Assembly: GCF_009914755.1 (NCBI RefSeq)
Contig: NC_060946.1
From: the human T2T-CHM13v2.0 reference genome, Homo sapiens
Direction: 5' to 3' (one strand)
Length of the DNA: 64,000 bases
A model generated the notes under the pieces. The model ran no database searches. It was not told the DNA's origin and worked only from the letters and a program-made list of their open reading frames with translations. Of this stretch, positions 14,983-28,245 are shown in pieces (the stretch's first letter is position 1; each line of letters starts with the position of its first letter). Position numbers and translations under genes: made by a program.

Positions 14983-15914
14983 AAAGACCTGGCCTCAAGG
15001 GTTTCACCCCTATTTGGGGGAGGCTGGCCAGAAGGAGTGAGGGAGGAAGTTTCCTTCCCTTAGAATGTCAGTTCCCCAGACGGGATCCTGTGGCTTCATG
15101 GCTGCGTTCACACTCAACAGTGCCAGCAAGCAGGAGGCTGCTGTTGAATATGCACAAAGAAGGAAGAGGGAGGGAGGAGGAGGACTCCAGAGAAGGGAGG
15201 GTCCCCTCGATTGGCCTTTCCGCCTGGTGCCATCCTGCCTCCATGTCAGGACACCCCAGTGCGACCATCTGTCTAAGCGTCTGACCTGACCAACCTGGCA
15301 TTTCAACCTTCTTTGGGGAGAAGTGGTACTCGGTGTGCATTTAATTTCATAATTGCAGTCTCCGATTTGTCAACTTCTCTACCTTCGGGAAGCACAAGGA
15401 ACACTTTCAGCCAGCGCCTGTGTGATTTCAGAGCGCTGCCCTGAAGTAACCTCTTGTAAAAACCCACTGTGTTACTAGCTATTGAAATTTATAGCTCTCG
15501 TACCTCTGGGAGAGGTGAAAGTGTTTACTGTTCTTTAAATAAATAAGGATGTGTGTTAAGCATTATAAGTGAGTCTGGGAGACGGGGGTGAAAAACAGTT
15601 TTAGGATTTGCAGTTGAGGAATTGTAGATTTTACTCTTTTGGGTTGGAGGCTGGCAGAAAGCACTGGTGCACAGCCAGAGGGGCAGGGTAGCCCCCTGCA
15701 AATCTCGAAGACCTGGGAAAGCCACTCTCTGAGCAAGGTGGGGTGGGTGCATTCATGAACAGCCAGTGAGTCCATTTTCCCTTTGGTTAGAATAAAATAA
15801 AACCTACTTGCAAATACATCTGCATGAAAACAAATAGACAATAAATAAACACACACATAACAAAATCAGTAAGAATACACATAATAAATAAAACTAATAA
15901 ACATCAGCCCCGCC

Positions 15915-16050
15915 TCTCAGAAGCTGTGTGATCAGCAAATATTTTCATTTTTGGAGCCTCAATCTCTTCATTGGAATAATCTGGAAAATATTTCCTGCCT
16001 CCTGGCTTTGTTGGGGGGATGCAGTTCTGCTAATGCAGTGAGACGTCTGC
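15915..16050 (+). mobile_element. MIR fragment
   Basis: CTGTGTGATC...GAGCCTCAATCTCTTCATTGGAATAAT resembles the MIR core. Confidence 0.5.
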
Positions 16051-16439
16051 TGCCGGCATCGACAGAAGCCTGGTCTGGACACACAGGGCGCTGCTCTCTC
16101 AGGATGACTGGGTTTTAGGAAGAGCTGTTGCCTGTTTTAGAGAAGGTCACACAGTCAAACTCTCCATGCAGATACTTTGTCCACTCCCAGATGTGCGGAT
16201 GGAGACTGAAGGGAAAGAGGCGTGGTTGATCCCATCATGGCAGGGCATCCGTGGCCTTCCTGGGGGGACCACCTACTGCCCCTTGCCACACGTCCTGAGT
16301 GATGGTGTCCAGAAGCAGGAGCTAGAGACACGCAGGCCTTTGTCGGCTCTGAAACACAGCGCACACTCAGGACCGCATCCTCAAGGCGCTACACCAGCCA
16401 TTTTGCTGAAGGCAAAACATCTTAAAATAAACAAGTCAA

Positions 16440-16814
<375 letters not shown>

Positions 16815-17573
16815 TCACTATGTTTCCAGGCAAAAGGCAGGTGGACGCCAGGGTCTTTGCAGGTGCGGGTGGTGAACCCAGTGCAGGGCTGTTTCCCCCC
16901 TACCTGCACATTGCCTGCGTAAACAAAGGCCAGCTCTCTCCTCATTTTCTCCGTGTTGCTTTCCAACAGCAGCTGACTGGGGAAACCCAGAGACAAACGG
17001 TCCCAGGGGCTCCGAGTGACACTGTGCTTTGTCACCACGTCGTTCATCTCAGCCAGCTCCTCTGCCGGCCCCCTCTTCACCTTGATGGGGCAGCGCCTTT
17101 CTCCGCTGTGTCTGTGGCCTTCCCAGGTGGACTTCCCACAGGGGGACAAGGAATTGGCTCTCTGGGGATCCAAGAAGCTGCCAGAACACTGCAGAATTCC
17201 AGGCAGGGAGAAAGGGCAGAGATTTCATCCAAACTCCAGAGTCTTCCTGTGAGGCGGCAGCAGGACAAGCCCTGCTCACAGTTAGAAACTGGACAGGTGG
17301 CAACACGACCTGAAAAGTGTGAGAGAAAGTCCGGAAGTAAGCCCAGCAGGCAGGGAGACCTTGGCCACGCTGCGTCATCCCTTTCTGACAACTTGGGAGG
17401 ATGATATTCCTCCTAAATCGTGGAGAAGTCCTGTGCTCCTTCAGCAAACATCCCTGGAACATTTCCTACAGGGCAGGTCTTAGGACAACCCTAGGACCAA
17501 ACATAGTGAAAGCATCCACAGTGGGAGGGGAGGGGTGGGCAAAGGAGCATCAGCAGCTGGCGGTGAGCACAGA

Positions 17574-17930
17574 AACCCCTCATCGGACCAGACCTCGGGG
17601 AGCCGGACCTGGGGAAGCAGCAACCCCTCATGGACCAGACCTCGGGGAACTGGACCTGGGGAAGCAGCAACCCCTCATCGGACCAGACCTGGGGGAGCAG
17701 CAACCCCTCATGGACCAGACCTGGGGCAGCAGCAACCCCTCATTAGACAAGATCTGGGGAAGCCGGACCTGGGGAAGCAGTAACCCCTCATGGACCAGAC
17801 CTGGGGGAGCAGCAATCCCTCATTGGACAAGACCTGGGGAAGCCGGACCTGGGGAAGCAGCAACCCCTCATCGGACCAAACCTGGGTGAGCTGGACCCGG
17901 GGGAGCAGCAACCCCTCATGGACCAGACCT
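17574..17930. repeat. Compound minisatellite: nine 32-33-bp cores with an optional ~15-bp module
   Basis: AA(C/T)CCCTCAT anchors at about 17574, 17622, 17669, 17702, 17734, 17782, 17814, 17862, 17910 (periods 47-48 or 32-33 bp). Confidence 0.92.
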
Positions 17931-18648
17931 GACAGCCGAGGGCCGGGGCTGTGTCTCATCCATCACTGTCTCTCCTGATCTCATCAGCACAGTTGGGAAC
18001 AGCAGGGGAAAATGTCTTGAGTGAATGGACTCAATAACTTAGACACTGTTGGAATCCAAAAGACGCACCCAGGACAAAGCATCGGTAGAGGAAAGCACAT
18101 TCCCGACGCTGACCCATGAACTTCTCACACTCCAGAGTTCCCCTCACAGGCGGCAGCAGGGCCTGTGTTTCCCAGTTGGAACAGGGGTCGTTGTGGCCCA
18201 TGACCATCAAGACAGGCGCTGTTGAATGCCCCTGTCTGGCACAGGGGTTGTAAATTCTGAGGAAAATGGGCAGCCAGCATTCCTGCTGGGCATCCATTCC
18301 CCATTTCTCTCTGATTCTGCTGTTTCTCAAGGAAGCAGAATCTCGCCCATTCCACCTTCTCCTGGCCTCCCCGGCACAGCCACTACTCTTGTACAATTAC
18401 TGCCTTCAGAGCCTGTTGTTCCTTCTCTCGAACTGACCTGGAGGAAATAATTACCAACAGCATTTAGCACTGCTCTCTTCTTCTTATAGTACGTGGGGAT
18501 CCTTTGATGTATTGTGATATTAAACATCTAAGTAACCCAGATGGGTGTTGTCTGTCGTTAGTTAAGGGTTCTCCCAGAACCATTAACGCCCACGCATTCC
18601 AAACCCAACATTGCACAAATCTGACTGGTATTAGAGATGTTGTGTGCT

Positions 18649-18662
18649 GTCGCCATGGAAAC
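18649..18662. promoter_or_regulatory. RFX X-box motif in unique sequence
   Basis: GTCGCCATGGAAAC fits the RFX palindrome GTYNCCATGGNAAC; motif match only, no binding evidence. Confidence 0.45.
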
Positions 18663-19079
18663 TTTCTCCCCACCCCACCCCCACCGCCACTCCCTGGTTT
18701 TAAGCTTAATTTTGTAAAAAACATGCAATTCAGCTGGCAGGAGCTTTCAGATTTAAATATAGAGATTGGATTAAATTAGTGTTAAAGTGGAGTTTGAATC
18801 CATAGTGCAAGAAATGAATAAAACCTGGTCATGTTAAGGGATGTGGTGGAAAGAGCCGAGATGGGGCATTAGCACCGCACCAGACGCCTGCCTCAATGTC
18901 AGGTGGTGCTCCCTTTAGCTGCAGGTTTTGGTGTTTCAGTAGCCTGTGTGCTAAGACATCTTCAAGGGGAAAAATTAGTTTGGGTTTTTTTCTTCAAGTA
19001 CGTCTCTGGGTTGTTTCTGCATAACTCATTTCCTCTTTCTGTTTAGGGTGGGACGCCCAAGGCTGCAACTTCTTCTCCA

Positions 19080-19450
19080 CTTCTTCCTCCCTGAAGTTTG
19101 GGTTGGTCTTGGGACATGTTTTGTTCAATAAACGGAGCAGAAAAGTGTGCGCTTAGGTCTCACAAGGCTGTGCACACTTTAGCGCCTGCAACCGCTACCA
19201 TCAGAGCAAGCCCCAGCTAGCCTGCTAGGTGATGAGGAGCACAGGGGTCAGCCACCCCCATCCCTCAAGCCCACAGCTGCACAAGCGGGGCCACCTGCTG
19301 CTGGCTAACCCCCGTCACATGCATTAGAGAGCCACTGCCCAGCTGGGCCCAACTCAAATTGCGAGCCCACAGAACTCTGAGCAAAATACATGATTATCAT
19401 TTTAAGATGCTCCATTTTAGGGCATTTAACTGTACAACAAAGGCTTATTT
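19080..19450 (+). mobile_element. MLT1 (F/G/H-like) MaLR LTR fragment
   Basis: GAGCCACTGCCCAGCTGGGCCCAACTCAAATTGCGAGCCCACAGAACTCTGAGCAAAATACATGATTATCATTTTAAG resembles the MLT1 3' half. Confidence 0.6.
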
Positions 19451-21599
19451 TTACATGACCTAACAATAAAGCATCAGATTAGCCTTGTGGCATGAAAGTA
19501 GAAAAACAACTGTTACCTTAGCAGTTTAATGTAGGGCATTGATGATTTCTTGAGAAACAGGGATAATTTCTGTTTGTGGAACCCCGTGAATTTCAGATCC
19601 TGCAATCTTCCATGTACCAGCTGGCTCCCGTCTCTCTCAGCCACACAAGTTGGCAAATGGTGCCTGCAAGCCAGGTTGTCCTGGGGCCAAATTACAAGGG
19701 GCTCCAAGCTGCTGCCCAGATCTTTGGTTGGTCTGAACGTTGAGTGGAAATGAGCCACAGATCCGGTTTGGGAACTCAGTCTTCCTTGTAGCAGGAAGCT
19801 GTTTAGGTCACTGACATGATGGTCCAAACAGCACTCAGAAAATCATAAAATGGCAAGCAAAATGAGCAATTCCGCACGCAGCACGTGACATGGAGTATGA
19901 GCTCGCATTTGCCGAAGGAGCAAATGACAATGGCCTTGCCTCTGCCACGTGTTCAGTGCCCTGTTCAGTGCAGGTGGAAGGAAGCCACCCTAGGATCAAG
20001 GCCTTCTGGACTATGGTCTACTTGTTGTGACTACGGGGGTGCTTGTCCCAGCCTTGATTTTAGAACACATGTAAAATAGCATCGTAATCTTTGTAGCACT
20101 TTCTTCACAGAGTCTCTTAGCACTTTATACCTCACTCGGCACCCAACTTGTGAAAGGCATTTTCAAATAACAATGATAGTTATGATTCTTTGGGCAGTTG
20201 ATTGTTCACATACAGGACTAGACAATGCCCAGAGATTATAAATAGTCCCATGGCGTGGTTTTCACCTGATATGCTAGAATTAGACACAAGACTTGCTCTC
20301 TTCCACGCCACATCATATTTTGTCCCTCTCTCATGGAAACAAGACATTTCATGGGCAAGAAAGCAGGCAGAGAGCCAGCCTTTGATCCTGTTGTCCGTGC
20401 TGCAGAGAAGTATTCACACACGTGGCCGGACAATGTGGTTCAATGGCTTTTATGGTGTTTGCATGCGGAAGGCATCAGACATTTCATATTTGTAATCTTA
20501 ACTAATCTCTCTGACAACCCTTCAAGGCAGATGGCACTCTCCTACGGTGAAGACGAAGATGCAGGGGCTCAGGAAGAACAAAGCCCTGCCAGAGGCCCAA
20601 AGGCAGCACGGGAGGAGCCGAGGTGTAAACCCATGGAGTGAACAGAGACCCCCACCAGCACCCAGGCTTGTCCGTGGGTTTCTTCTGCCCTGTCTCCCTT
20701 TGCTGAGAAGCCTGTTCTCCGATGTCTTTCCCAAAGTATCCAGGGAACCCTAACCAATAGAAAACATATCCTACTGGCATGTTTCTGGAAGAACCATGAT
20801 TCAGAGTTGCACAACGTACTGGAGTCCAAATGGGCATCTCAGAATGATTTGGTGAAGGGCGCTCATGAAAATCCAAAATGCTTTGTCAGGATGGATGCAC
20901 TGGGCTGCTGTTCAGGGGCAGCCATGGACCATCTGCCATAGGGGAGCTCGTGCCAGCGAATATGCTTCACATGACTGTTCATACATCTCAAAATAATCTT
21001 ATAGCGTTGTTTGTACCTTGGCCACTAAAAGGTTGGAATGTGCTTCTCACCAACTTCTAGAAGTTGCAGGCTCTCCAAAACATGTTTAATTTACATGGGC
21101 AACTCCCACATTTCAGTTATTTTTATAAGTCTAAGATATTACTACCAAGTGACAGAACAGTCGGCACTAATTACTGCTCGGTTGAGTTGCTGGCCTTCGT
21201 CATTAAGGCAGAAGCAACATCTTGCTAATTCTATGTTTAATTCCAAGAAGCCTCTCGTGCACCTGCTCTCTTTCAGGAAGCCCAGCTCCAGGGAAGTGGT
21301 GGCCATGTCCTCTCATCTCAGTTTCTTAAGGGCAGTGAACCTACTGTGTGTCAGCAATGGTAGAATTTCAAACTATTTGACCACAAGCTTCTTCAGCCCA
21401 TCAGAAATACTTGGCAATTTCTGCATCTTCTCACCTTGTCTGCATTTTCAGAAATGTTTTCAGACCCAGTAACATAGAGAGAGTCAACCTGAATTAAGGT
21501 GAGACCCTCTTCATGTGAGAATTCAGTGCAGTATGACCTCAAAACTGCAGGTTGTCAGTACTGTGTGCAGGACCATCTGCTTAGTGCTGGGTGGCGTGT

Positions 21600-21715
21600 C
21601 AGAAAGCCAGTAATAACACCCATCTCACGGCAGTGTTGTGAGAATGAAGCCAGTTAATACAGGAGTTGCACTTAGAATATTAGCACCTTCATTAGGCATC
21701 AGTAAAATCTAGCTG
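21600..21715 (+). mobile_element. MIR 3' end
   Basis: GTGTTGTGAGAATGAAGCCAGTTAATACAGGAGTTGCACTTAGAATATTAGCAC...CAGTAAAATCTAGCTG resembles the MIR 3' end. Confidence 0.6.
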
Positions 21716-22398
21716 TCATCATCATCGTCATCTTCATCCTCCTCCTTTTCATCACCATCATCATCATCACCAACCTCCTCATCATCACCATCATCACCAT
21801 CCTCTTCCTCGTTATCATCATTACCATCACTACCATCGCCATTATCACCATCATCACCATCGCCAACCTCCTCTTCATCATCGTCATCTTCATCGCCAAC
21901 ATCATCTTCATCACCATCACTACCATCACCATTAACACCATCATCACCATCACCAACCTCCTCTTCATCATCGTCATCTTCATCGCCAACATCATCATCT
22001 TCATCACCATCATCGCCATCCTCCTCCTCATCACCATCATTACCATTGTCACCATATCATCCTCATTCTCCTCATCCTCCTCATCATCATTATCATAATC
22101 ATCATCATTGTCATCATCATTATCATCCTCTCCATCATCACCGTCATCATCATTTTCATCACCATCATCATCATCACCATCATTACCATCACCATCCTCA
22201 TCATGATCATCACCGTCATTACCATTACCACCATATCATCCTCATTCTCCTCATTATCATTTTCATCATCACCACTATCACCATCATTCTCCTCGTCCTC
22301 CTCCCCATCATTATCATAATCATCATCATCGTCATCATTATTATCATCCTCTCCATCACCACCATCATCTTCATCTTCATCACCATCATCATCCTCAT
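21716..22398. repeat. Imperfect (CAT/CAC/CCT)n trinucleotide tract, ~680 bp
   Basis: Direct reading; source of the His-, Met- and Asp-rich ORFs in the ORF track. Confidence 0.97.
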
Positions 22399-22410
22399 GG
22401 TTGTCCTCAA

Positions 22411-22880
22411 GTGTGGAAGACCCTCTCCAAGGCTGTCTGTCCTCTCTTCCTCCCCTGCCTGCTGACATGTTCCCAGTCACATCAAGGGATAGAATCTGAT
22501 TCCCTCTCCTTGAAGCTGGGCTGGCCTTAATGGCTCAGCTGAACAACAGGGTTTAGAGGAAGGTACCTTCTGGGGATCCTGTGCCTAGGTCTCTTGGGAT
22601 GCCCCCTGGAGGACCTCAGCTGCCCCAGCAGGAGAAGCCTTGGCTACAGAGCCCCAAGTGACCATGTGAGGCTACTGCTCCAGCTGAGTTCCCAGCTGAC
22701 AGCATCCACCCCCAGCCACGTGAGGAGCCACCTTGGATGGCCAGCCCAGGGCTCTTCAGCCATCTTCATCCCCAATCTTTTGGCTGCACCTGCATGGGAG
22801 TCACTGGGGCAGCCCGGAGGACTGTGAGCAGTAAGGATTTAACCAAGCTCTTGGGTGGTTTTAGCTGCTGAGAGCTATGA
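22411..22880 (+). mobile_element. MLT1 (G/F-like) MaLR LTR
   Basis: TCCCTCTCCTTGAAGCTGGGCTGGCCTTAATGGCTC...CCCCAGCCACGTGAGGAGCCACCTTGGATG...TTGGGTGGTTTTAG. Confidence 0.6.
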
Positions 22881-25789
22881 ATGTGAGCTCATGCCAGAGC
22901 TGGATTCAAGGCTGTTCCTGTCACTCCCTGGCTGTGTCACTTCTACTTCTTGGACCTCCATTTCCTCGCCTATGAAACAGAGCTGTTCAGGGTCTCAGGC
23001 TGAAGTAGCTGCTGTGAAGCTTTCCTGTAAGCGTGTGGATGGAACAAATGCATGCATGCAGCTATTGCCATGGTTATCATGTTTCAGGAATCAGGCGTGA
23101 GGGTAAAGGCAGACACAGCCACATCATACTCTTGGAGGATGGAAGGTGGCCTTTTCCCAGCATGGGGCTGGGAGAGGTGGTCAGAGAGATTTGCCAGAGG
23201 GCCTGGCATTACCCATCCTGGGCATTTCAGCCTCTACAGCTAACACAGGATGCAGATTTTTCAAATAGGGATGGATACATAACAAGTAGTGATTGCCTAA
23301 AATGTGAGAGGCTCCACACAAACACATCAGCGCAGCCACACAGTCACTCCTTCAGTCCCTGTTGGTTTTGTTCCATTGAGGCTGAATGGCCTCAGGGCCC
23401 CACAGCTCCACCGTGGAGGAGCTGAGATTCCAACCCTTCCTGCACACCAAGGGGAGGCTGTGTCCTTCCAGGCCCTTGCTGGGCTGTCTCGGGCAGCACG
23501 GCTTCCAGGTTGGAGGGACACCCCACCCCGGCCTCCTGTAAGGGAAGGCTGCACAAAGGTCAGAGCACATCCATCCTTGGAGTGAGCCCAGCAGTGCTGT
23601 GAGTGAGAGCAGCCCTCCCCATGGCAGGTGGCAGCATGGTCCCGGGCCTTGGACACAGAGCCCTGCGGTATCCCACATGAAAGAAAGGTTGATGTTGACT
23701 GGTTTTATGGTCTAAACCACTAATACAAAATCAAGCAATGGCGGCACCTTGTACCGAGCTCACACAGCACACAGTGACTTGAGTTCCACAAAGAGCCTCC
23801 ATCAGGGCAGGTGCCATCAGTCACCATCAACCACCCAGGAAAACTTGATGTCCATGGAAGCAGGGCCTTGCTAAGGTCCCCACCAGAGCTTCCTGGGCTC
23901 CCTGACATCCTTCTCTTGGCTCTTCCAGCAGCATAAACCAAGATGGAATCATTAACTCAGGAACTCTCCTGCTCCCACTCAGCCCCCAAGGCTGTGCTGG
24001 GTCCTGGTGAGATGGGCATACCAAGAACACTCCCCTGCCCTCAGCTCAGATGGGGCAGTTTGGGGGGAGTTACATTCGGGGAAAGTGATTACAACCCCAC
24101 AGCAGTGCTGGGACAGAGTGACTTGGGGTCTCCTGGGCTGTGCAGCTTGGAGGTGGGAAGAGCTTTGGGGGCATCAGCTGGGCCGCAGGATGGGCCTTCA
24201 GGAAGGTGTTCAGCGCCTATACTCATTGCAGAAGACTATTTGAGGAGCCCCCATGGGGGCAGCACGAGGGAACAGAGGGGATGGCTGAAGCATTGCAGGC
24301 CCGTCAGGCCACATGGTCCCACCCTGTGTGAAGGGTGCTCCCTCCGGAGGCTACTCATAGCTGGAGCTTTTACACTTCACCCGCAACTCCATGCATGTTG
24401 CCTCTTTATTGACTGCTCAGGTGAGACATCAGTGCCTCTGCTCAGCCTCTCCCACCCACCCCGATGGGGCATGATGCTCCCAGCAGACCTCCACTTTCAC
24501 TGTGGATTCAACCCTGAGAACATATCGAGATACTATTGTATCTTTTCCTTTACACTGCAGCTCGTAAAGGTGCTCCTTGAAGGAGATGGTAATCGCATTT
24601 GGAGGACTGCCTCCCTCCCAGACGCTGGAGAATTGTGTTGCACAAGGGCTGGGGGTCCACTGTGGCTGAGGTGGCAGCATCAGAACACAAGTGGGAGGCA
24701 AAGGCACCCACCTGCACCAGAACAGCAGGACATCCTCCTGTAGGAACTGGAGTCACACCCATGCAACCTTTGCAGGCAGAATGAGTGCAAAGGTGTCTCT
24801 TCCTCCAAGGATGCCTGTGCCTGGCTCTTCTGAGGGAAACTAAAATCAGTCACACTCTCCACCCAAAAGCTGAGAGCAGGTGCAGGAGAACATGTGGCCT
24901 CAGGGAGCCGATGGCAAGGCAAGCCCAGGGCTGCACAGAGCAGTGGCGCGATCAGGATTCTGACACGGGGAGGGAGACACCTGTTCCAACGTCGTAATGT
25001 AATAAATGGGTAATTGTTGCTATAATTAAAATGCTTGTAATAAGAGCAGACCTTTATATTTGTCAAAACCTGAAGTACGTTTGAGTATTGCCATAAAATG
25101 TGGGAAAATAAGGAAAACTTGATTATTCATTAAACCTTAGAATGTTCCAACACCAGGATAAGTAATTTTAGGACAAATAAAATCAGCCATCCAACCCACA
25201 ATATTTCCTATGTGCAGAGGAAGTAAAGTGGGCAATTGGGCGAACTCAACCCGATTAAACAATTATGCCCAAAGGCAGAGATGTCTAAATGGGGCCCACC
25301 CCTGCCATGAAAAGATTCTTATTAATATTGTCAGCAATTTTGCTTCACAAATATTTTTGCATAAACAGAGAATTAAATGGATGAAGATCTAATGGCTGGC
25401 CCACAAGATGCTATGTACTGGGTGCTGATCCAGCGTATGGGAGCGAGATCGGAGGTGCGTCATGGCACGGCCAGGTGAGAACAGCAACAACCTCCACAGC
25501 AGAGCCGTGGGCCGAGCAGAAAGGCTGATATTGAACAGGAAAGGAGGCCGGTTCCAGGCTTGAGTCTAAAACAGGAGCGGTAGCACCTGCCTCCAGGGCA
25601 CCCCAAAAGGGACTTCGCCTCTGATTCGCAGCTGTGGCGGCAGGGCCCAGGATGACGCACTGAGTGAGCACAGGGTGTGACCTCATTGTTAGACATGGGC
25701 ATGCGCACACAGCACGCACTATGCAAACACAAATACACCATACACACAACGCACACACAACAGAAACACTCAAGAACCCCGTTCTGTGA

Positions 25790-26340
25790 GCTTGGGTGTG
25801 CGCGCCCCTGCTGCTCTACTCTGAGGGCCTGTGGCCTCCGGGCTCCGGTTCACAGCAGGGTCCGGCTGGCGGAAACTGCCCCAGGCGCATCCTTCCTTCT
25901 TCTCTCACAGCCCTGGGTGCCTCCTGCTGCCACATCTGGGTGAGCAGGAGCGAGGCCGTCTCCGCAGGAAAAACCAGACTCCTCCTCCTGGGTCCAGGCC
26001 TGTGGCCCCAGCCACATCCACACCCCACGTGGCAAGAGGGAGGGAGGCAGTCACAGGTGGAAGCCGGGGCCACTCCTTTTCATGGTGTATTTCAACCAAA
26101 GCATGGCGTAGCCTTCGCACGGTGTTGACCTGGCACAGGGAGCTCCGCGGAAGGAAGAGCCTGCTTCACGGCCCATGTGTTGCCTGAAGGCCCCGGTGCA
26201 ACGCGTGCTCGCCCGGCACGCCAGGCCTGGGGTGTGCCCTGTGCGGTGTCCACCACCGTCTAGGGAGGGGGCCCTGCGACAGCTATCAAGCGGAAGAACG
26301 CGCTGGGACTTACAAAAGTTAGGTGATTTCCCCGAAGCCG
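25790..26340. promoter_or_regulatory. CpG-enriched segment (borderline CpG island)
   Basis: About 32 CpGs in ~540 bp by hand count; GC-rich and non-repetitive. Confidence 0.4.
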
Positions 26341-26437
26341 CAGGGCTGTGAAACTAAACAGTGTGAAATTGCCAATTAGTTAACTATTTTTGTACCTAAA
26401 CAAATAATGGTTTAAAAGAATTTAAATGAGATGGTAG

Positions 26438-26791
<354 letters not shown>

Positions 26792-27104
26792 TAATTCTAA
26801 ATGAGCAAGTTATTATCGCTTTTGAAAAAATTAGGATTTTTAAACTTTCCATCTGTCCCTGAGAGGCCTTCGGACGCATTATGATTTTGGAGTCTGACTA
26901 CACCTCTGAAGTCTCCAGGAGTGGGGTGAACACACATGTTCTGAATAGAGACACAGATGCTGGGGTGGTAGGTAACCCAGCTGAGGTCCACAGATCACGG
27001 ACAGGCATGCTGGGAGTGGCCACAGGGAGAGGGGAGACCCACCACTCAGCAGCTGTGACTTTTCATGGTTTATGGACCTTGTCTCCTTAAATGTGGTGTG
27101 CAAG

Positions 27105-27245
27105 AGTCCGGGGGCACGATATGTTATCCCACAGACAAATGTGAAACTGAGGTCCAAGACCACACACTTAGCAAGGCAAGAAGCTGAGATTTCTATCTAT
27201 GTCTGACTGCCTTGAAAAGCCAACATTCTCCACATTGCACACTTA
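27105..27245 (-). mobile_element. MIR fragment
   Basis: ACAGACAAATGTGAAACTGAGGTCC...GCTGAGATTTCTATCTATGTCTGACT is antisense MIR core. Confidence 0.55.
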
Positions 27246-28245
27246 GCCTCTCAACTCTCAAGCCAGGCGCCCTGAGGAACACAAAATGCACCACCAAGAA
27301 TGAAGTGAGGATCCCCGCAAGCAACAAGTGGGTGCTTCTGGAAGCCCTGGACACAGAAAGTATCCCCAGCCAGTTCTGTTCCTCAACCCCAAGTCCTTAG
27401 CCAGCTCTGAATGCAAATCTATTATGCGCATTTCACCCTCTTTTTATTTTCCCACAAATGCAGTCTTCCTTTCAAACAACTCAATGACAAATGTTTTCAG
27501 CAATCATTACTAACCTTATTACATCTCAATAATGCCACAGACAAAAGCAGAATTCAATTGCAGTGCAGACTGAAATGACCTTCTTGCAAAAGAGAGAAGT
27601 GATATTCCCAAGTCTGACAAGCAATTTTGAGTGCACTATCTGTTAATACTGTGATCATTATTTGTTTGTGCCACCTTGGGAGATGGCAGCCACAGCCCTG
27701 GGCAGAGCCAAGCATGGGGGAAGGTGTCTGCAGTAAGTATCCCCCTGGTTATTTGTAATCATTCATAAATAGGCAGAGGACTTCTGGGTGGGAACGGGGG
27801 AGGAATCCTGACAGTCTTCCCCGTCTCAAAATCTGTAGCTTTGGGGATGATCCGTAAAGAGTCCTGCATGAGGTCTGCATGGAGCAAGGTCCCCGAACAG
27901 CCCAGTCCCTGCTTCATCCCAGACCACTGGCCGGATGCTTCTCACTTGCAGTTCCCTCGATGAGCTTGAAGGAGCCTGTCGCCTGGCACACAGTGCTGAG
28001 ACAGGGCAATCCTGGGCATCCTCATCTGGGGTGCCGCTGCTTTCCTTGTTATTCCCTCAGTTAACATGTGTTGAAAGAATGGGTCATTGTCCCCTTGGCA
28101 TCTCAGACCCAACATAAATGCTCGATTGAAAGTCCTTCGGCCTTTGGTGTACAGAGGGTGTGTCTCATCGTGCAGCACGGGGAGCAAGCACACTCTCTGC
28201 TTTCCGGTTCCGTGCCTGTTGATCTGAAGAAATCCACGAAGAGCA

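Noticed and set aside
21699-22480. Poly-His, Met-rich and acidic ORFs
   Set aside because: Translations of a (CAT)n microsatellite in different frames
23943-24743. 266-aa ATG-initiated ORF in apparently unique sequence
   Set aside because: No recognisable homology, promoter or exon structure, and composition is typical of random GC-rich translation; cannot be fully excluded without BLASTP or Ribo-seq
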